The position numbers were made by a program, and so were the translations under genes. Positions 59,610 through 64,000 of a stretch of 64,000 nt of DNA are shown here, piece by piece. Source of the stretch: an uncultured Fibrobacterota bacterium (GTDB lineage: Bacteria; Fibrobacterota; Chitinivibrionia; Chitinivibrionales; CAYFVL01); contig CAYQOU010000014.1 in assembly GCA_964419255.1 (NCBI GenBank), forward strand, positions 1,605-65,604. The letters run 5' to 3'. Position 1 is the stretch's first letter; each line of letters opens with the position of its first letter. The notes beneath the pieces were generated by a model. That model worked only from the letters and a program-made list of their open reading frames with translations. It did not search any database and was not told the DNA's origin.

Positions 59610-60800
59610 ATGACATTCGACACTTGCATTGTAACAATCCAAGGTAGGTTCGTTAATGTTAATGGCGTCCCTTCTTCTACTCACCTCACCTATGAAAAAT
59701 TCTGGAAAAGGTATCTTGCTGTCTACAAACAGGTTGTAATAGTCGGTCGCCTTTTTGACAATTCTTATTGTGATGCTTCAACCCTTAAGCCGGTTGAAGG
59801 TCCTGGAGTCACTTTTTATCCACTCCCTGCATACACTGGAGCAAAAGAATTATTATCACAATACTCAAAAATTTCCAACCTGTTAAAAAACCTTTATAGT
59901 AGAGATGCTGTATACATATTAAGAGTCCCATGTATTGTTAGTATTTTGCTATCAAAAATTTTAATTAAAAAGAAACACCCTTTTGCGGTTGAAGTAGTCG
60001 GTGACCCTTATGACTCTTTCGCACCGCAGGCTATCCGAACTCCATTAAGGCCACTTATACGTTTGTGGGCCACCCATATGATGCGGCACATTTGCCGGAA
60101 GGCTTCTGCATCCTCCTATGTCACGAAGAATTCTCTTCAAAATAGTTACCCCTGCAAACCTGGCTGTTTTACCACCTACTATTCCAGTATTGATCTTCCC
60201 GATTATGCTTTTCTGGACAAACCTAAATTTTACGATAAAAAGGGGAAAGTCCTTATTTCTATCGGCACGATGTCACAACTATATAAAGGACATAAAACAC
60301 TTATAGATGCTTTTTTATTGTGCATCAAAAATGGATTGGACTTGCGCCTTATTATAGTTGGTGACGGTAAATACAAACCATTTTTCCTTGAACACATAAT
60401 AAAACATAACCTTTCCGATCGGATACATCTTACCGGCTTGCTGCCTTCGGGAAAACCTATTTACGACATGTTAGATACTGCCGATCTCTTTGTTTTACCA
60501 TCTTACCAGGAAGGATTACCACGCGTCATGCTCGAAGCAATGGCACGAGGAATGCCTTGCATTGGATCAAACGTAGGCGGGATTCCGGAACTTTTACCCA
60601 AGCAATACATGGTTTCACCCGGAAATTGCGAATCACTTGCCCAAAAAATCATAGACATCGTAAACGATCCGGGTAGAATGAGTGAAATGTCTAAGCATAA
60701 CCTATCTCAGGTTCAGGAGTATAGACGCCATGTTTTGACCAATAGAAGAAATCTTTTTTACACGTATCTCAAAGAGCATACCACCATTTCAATAAGGTAG
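59610..60800 (+). CDS. GT4-family glycosyltransferase
   Basis: 396 aa. Contains FVLPSYQEGLPRVMLEAMARGMPCIGSNVGGIPELL. Confidence 0.8.
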   Translation: MTFDTCIVTIQGRFVNVNGVPSSTHLTYEKFWKRYLAVYKQVVIVGRLFDNSYCDASTLKPVEGPGVTFYPLPAYTGAKELLSQYSKISNLLKNLYSRDAVYILRVPCIVSILLSKILIKKKHPFAVEVVGDPYDSFAPQAIRTPLRPLIRLWATHMMRHICRKASASSYVTKNSLQNSYPCKPGCFTTYYSSIDLPDYAFLDKPKFYDKKGKVLISIGTMSQLYKGHKTLIDAFLLCIKNGLDLRLIIVGDGKYKPFFLEHIIKHNLSDRIHLTGLLPSGKPIYDMLDTADLFVLPSYQEGLPRVMLEAMARGMPCIGSNVGGIPELLPKQYMVSPGNCESLAQKIIDIVNDPGRMSEMSKHNLSQVQEYRRHVLTNRRNLFYTYLKEHTTISIR

Positions 60801-60846
60801 ATTTTCCAATCACTTAAACATTTTTGATTTTAGAGGAGCAAATGGT

Positions 60847-61995
60847 TTGAGAATTCTTATTATAGGCGGACGATCACGTTCACTAATCACATTTAGAAAA
60901 GAGCTGATTTTGGAATTCCGCAAAGGTGGTCATGAAGTATTAGCATGTGCTGGTGAATACATGGCGGAAGTAAAAAATACTCTTTCCGGGTTAGGTGTCG
61001 GATACATTCCCATTAAAATATCAAGAGCCGGCACAAATCCATTTCAGGATATATCTTTACTGTTTGAGCTGGTTACCATTTTCAAACAATACAAACCGGA
61101 TATTGTATTTGCTTATACTATCAAGCCCATTGTATGGGGAAGCCTTGCAGCAAAGATTTCTTCTCGATGCAAGATTTTTTCCATGATTGAAGGGCTGGGT
61201 TATCCCTTTATGCCCGCCGATTCCATAAACCACTACATTTCGGCATTATTTGCCAGGTCATTATACCGTTTATGCTTAAGATTTAGTAAAAGAGTATTCT
61301 TTTTAAATCCGGATGATTTATCTCTATTTAACAAGAGTAATTTCATCAATAAAAAGAAAGCTATTTTACTTAATGGCATTGGTGTTAATAATAAAATTTA
61401 CGATTTCCATAAAATTAAAGGCCCCTTGAAGAACGTCAGGTTTCTCATGGTTGGTCGCCTACTGCGAGATAAGGGTATATATGAGTACTTAAATACAGCT
61501 CGTGTTCTTCAAAACAGAAAGAACATCGCTTTTTCTTTAGCGGGCGCTGTAGACACAAACCCCTCATCAATTAAGTGGTCTGATCTCAATAAATTTATTG
61601 AAGACGGCAGTATCGAGTATTTGGGATTCATAAATGACATTAAATATGTTTATGTTAATTGTGATGTATATGTTTTACCATCCTATCGCGAAGGTACTCC
61701 ACGTACGGTATTGGAGGCGATGGCAACAGGCAGAGCTATCATCACTACTGACGCGCCGGGTTGCAGAGAAACGATTAATCTGACGGATGCAAAAACATTT
61801 GGCTCACTTGTTTTAGGCAAAAATGGCATCCTAATACCCGCCAGAAATACAGACGCTTTGGTCCATGCCGTAAATTTTTTAGTAAGATCCCCTGATTTAA
61901 TTAAAAGAATGGGTGAGGAAAGCAGGAAATATGCAGTACAACGATATGACATTCACAAGGTAAATAAATGCATTTTGGAATCGATGGGCATTTAG
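60847..61995 (+). CDS. GT4-family glycosyltransferase
   Basis: 382 aa, TTG start with GAGGAG upstream. Contains MRILIIGGRSRSL and YVLPSYREGTPRTVLEAMATGRAIITTDAPGCRE. Confidence 0.8.
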   Translation: MRILIIGGRSRSLITFRKELILEFRKGGHEVLACAGEYMAEVKNTLSGLGVGYIPIKISRAGTNPFQDISLLFELVTIFKQYKPDIVFAYTIKPIVWGSLAAKISSRCKIFSMIEGLGYPFMPADSINHYISALFARSLYRLCLRFSKRVFFLNPDDLSLFNKSNFINKKKAILLNGIGVNNKIYDFHKIKGPLKNVRFLMVGRLLRDKGIYEYLNTARVLQNRKNIAFSLAGAVDTNPSSIKWSDLNKFIEDGSIEYLGFINDIKYVYVNCDVYVLPSYREGTPRTVLEAMATGRAIITTDAPGCRETINLTDAKTFGSLVLGKNGILIPARNTDALVHAVNFLVRSPDLIKRMGEESRKYAVQRYDIHKVNKCILESMGI

Positions 61996-62120
61996 GATAC
62001 TAGCGCGCGTAATATCCTTCTGCCGGCTTTTCCGATGCCCCTGCTATGAATACTAACTTTTTCTTTACTTTTTATCGTCTCAATATATTTTACACTTCAT
62101 TTAAACTTAAATATTAATGT

Positions 62121-63263
62121 TTATCTTCTTCTGTACAATGCAGAAACAATACAATCACAAATTCTTTCAACATCTTTGCTTGTTAAATCAGTTCCAGATG
62201 GAAGACATATGCCGGTCCGGAAGAGATTTTCTGAAACACCATTTATGTATGCAGGCGCACTTTTGTATATTGGCTGCAAATGCATTGGATTCCAAATCGG
62301 CCGACTCTCAATATTGTTTCTTTCCAAGGCAATACGCAACTCCTCTGTTGTAACTTCTGTACGTTTATCATCGACAATAATGCAGGTAAGCCAGCAGTTT
62401 GATCTTTCGAGTTTATTCTCAGGAATAAACTCGATTTCCGGAAAACCAGTTAAATATTCTTTGTACCAATTCCTTATTTTTTGTTTTTTCCGTATTTTTT
62501 CTTCTATGACTTCAAGCTGGCCTAAACCAATAGCCGCGAGCACATTGCTCATCCTGTAATTATAGCCAAGGACGGAATGGTGATAGTATGGATAATGGTC
62601 TCTTGCTTGAGTTGAGAGAAAACGAGCCTTATCGATATCTTCACTTTTCTTTCCTACCAGCATGCCGCCACCACCAGTCGTTATAATCTTGTTTCCATTA
62701 AACGAATATACTCCCAAATCCGAAAAAGTGCCGCTGTGCCTACTCTTGTAGATAGTTCCTAATGATTCTGCTGCATCTTCAATAACTGATATATCGTATT
62801 TTTTGCAAATTTCTGTAACCTCCTCAACATCTGCACAGTTCCCATAGAGGTGGACCAAAATACATGCTTTGGGTTTTTTTCCTATTTTAATTCTTTCTTT
62901 TATAGCCTTTTCTAAAAGATCAGGATCCATATTCCATGTTTTAGTATCACTGTCTACAAAAACAGGAGTAGCCCCACAGTATGATATTGGAAACGCAGAG
63001 CCCGCAAATGTCAATGTTGAACAAAAGACTTCATCTCCGGATTTTACCTCTGCCAAAATTAGTGCCATATGTATAGCAGCAGTTCCTGATGTCAGGGCCA
63101 CCGCATGCGAAGCCCCCGTATAAGCGCATATTCCTTTTTCAAACGCGGTCAAGTCCGTTCCCACGGGTGCGATCCAGTTTGACTGAAATACTTTCTTCAC
63201 ATTTTCCAACTCGGCACCATACATGTGCGGAGGAGATAAATAAATTCTTCTCGATTCATTCAT
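62121..63263 (-). CDS. DegT-family sugar aminotransferase, EpsN/PglE-like
   Basis: 380 aa. Contains IYLSPPHMYGAELENVKKVFQSNWIAPVG, SGTAAIHMAL and YSFNGNKIITTGGGGML. ATGA overlap with the upstream phosphoglycosyl transferase gene. Confidence 0.85.
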   Translation of the reverse strand: MNESRRIYLSPPHMYGAELENVKKVFQSNWIAPVGTDLTAFEKGICAYTGASHAVALTSGTAAIHMALILAEVKSGDEVFCSTLTFAGSAFPISYCGATPVFVDSDTKTWNMDPDLLEKAIKERIKIGKKPKACILVHLYGNCADVEEVTEICKKYDISVIEDAAESLGTIYKSRHSGTFSDLGVYSFNGNKIITTGGGGMLVGKKSEDIDKARFLSTQARDHYPYYHHSVLGYNYRMSNVLAAIGLGQLEVIEEKIRKKQKIRNWYKEYLTGFPEIEFIPENKLERSNCWLTCIIVDDKRTEVTTEELRIALERNNIESRPIWNPMHLQPIYKSAPAYINGVSENLFRTGICLPSGTDLTSKDVERICDCIVSALYRRR

Positions 63264-63940
63264 TCCTTTTCATCTTTCATGAACCCGTTTGACGAACTTT
63301 CCTTACCATGCCCGACATCCGTGAACAAATCTCCTTTGTGCTTGCTTATTTCATCCGGACTTGTAAAACCCACCTGCCTTGTATCAAAAACGACGAAAAA
63401 TGTTTTTAAAACAATAAAAACATCTCTTACAAAAGAGATGGTTTTGACATAATCGACATCCAATTCTATTTTCTTTTCCCATGTCAAAGTATTTCTTCCA
63501 CTCACCTGCGCCAGGCCGGTTAACCCCGGCCTTACAGTCAATCGCTGCATCTGATATGCATTATATTTTTCGATTTGGTATGGCAATGTCGGCCTTGGAC
63601 CAACTATTGACATATCTCCTTTTACAATATTAAATAGCTGCGGCAACTCATCCAAACTTGCTTTTCGCAAAAAATGCCCGACTTTGGTTATACGATCGTA
63701 ATTATCCATCTCCGTGCCGTCTTCATTGTAGCTTTCTTCAAATATAAGCATGGTTCTGAACTTTACAATGTCAAATTCTTTTCCATTTTTTCCAGCTCTT
63801 TTCTGAGTAAATAACACCGGCCCGTTTGAGTTGATTTTAATTGCACATGCAATGATCAAAAAAACCGGCGATAAAACCACAATACTCAAAATGCCAAATA
63901 GCGCATCAAGTGTTCTTTTTAAATACTCACGATATATCAC
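63260..63940 (-). CDS. small monotopic phosphoglycosyl transferase (bacterial sugar transferase, PglC/EpsL/WbaP-C-like)
   Basis: 226 aa. Contains LKRTLDALFGILSIVVLSPVFLIIACAIK, FTQKRAGKNGKEFDIVKFRTM and DELPQLFNIVKGDMSIVGPRP. Confidence 0.85.
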   Translation of the reverse strand: MIYREYLKRTLDALFGILSIVVLSPVFLIIACAIKINSNGPVLFTQKRAGKNGKEFDIVKFRTMLIFEESYNEDGTEMDNYDRITKVGHFLRKASLDELPQLFNIVKGDMSIVGPRPTLPYQIEKYNAYQMQRLTVRPGLTGLAQVSGRNTLTWEKKIELDVDYVKTISFVRDVFIVLKTFFVVFDTRQVGFTSPDEISKHKGDLFTDVGHGKESSSNGFMKDEKE

Positions 63941-64000
63941 ACAAACGCCTCTCTTCGTAAGCGCATCTCTTTAAAAAACGCATTTCGCTTTTCTTCCAGA

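Overview
This is a 64-kb chromosomal window from a diderm bacterium. No rRNA, tRNA, CRISPR array, transposase or integrase was recognised by eye.

Taxonomy: several family-level hallmarks suggest an FCB-superphylum (Fibrobacterota/Bacteroidota-like) organism. They are a single-domain SIS KpsF-like isomerase, a PcrB/GGGPS homologue, a T9SS-like C-terminal tail, a UpxY-like NusG paralogue and a TTTG-N19-TAnnTTTG promoter-like motif. Taxonomy cannot be established from the sequence alone.

Positions 1-52.9 kb are core genome of roughly 50% G+C, judged from hand counts of sample lines. Recognised housekeeping genes are nrdJ, prfB (with its programmed +1 frameshift), pgi, yjbQ, alaS, recA, metK, eno and pyrE, plus an adenosine-kinase-like gene. 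Envelope systems are:
- a TonB_C-fused TonB-dependent receptor with a partner protein
- a five-gene Mla-like operon
- a tamB-tamA pair
- an MltD-like lytic transglycosylase
- a secreted HEXXH protein

From about 52.95 kb to the window end the sequence becomes clearly AT-richer. This part carries a Wzx/Wzy-type polysaccharide locus: a DUF218 protein, flippase, methyltransferase, three GT4 glycosyltransferases, a candidate polymerase, a pyruvyl transferase, and a convergent EpsL/EpsN-like initiating pair.

Items most worth a second look:
1. A diadenylate cyclase fused to a PTS-EIIA-like domain whose phospho-acceptor His is replaced by Gln.
2. A GGGPS/PcrB ether-lipid prenyltransferase homologue coupled to alaS through an ATGA overlap in a recA-alaS operon.
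3. The TonB_C-receptor fusion.
4. A 680-nt ORF-free leader with promoter-like motifs and a terminator-like hairpin pair. It lies between a NusG-paralogue block and the polysaccharide island and is followed by a small HTH/coiled-coil protein.
5. A decayed PQQ-propeller gene fused in frame to an FtsX permease fragment.

All family assignments come from motif recognition by eye and need profile searches.
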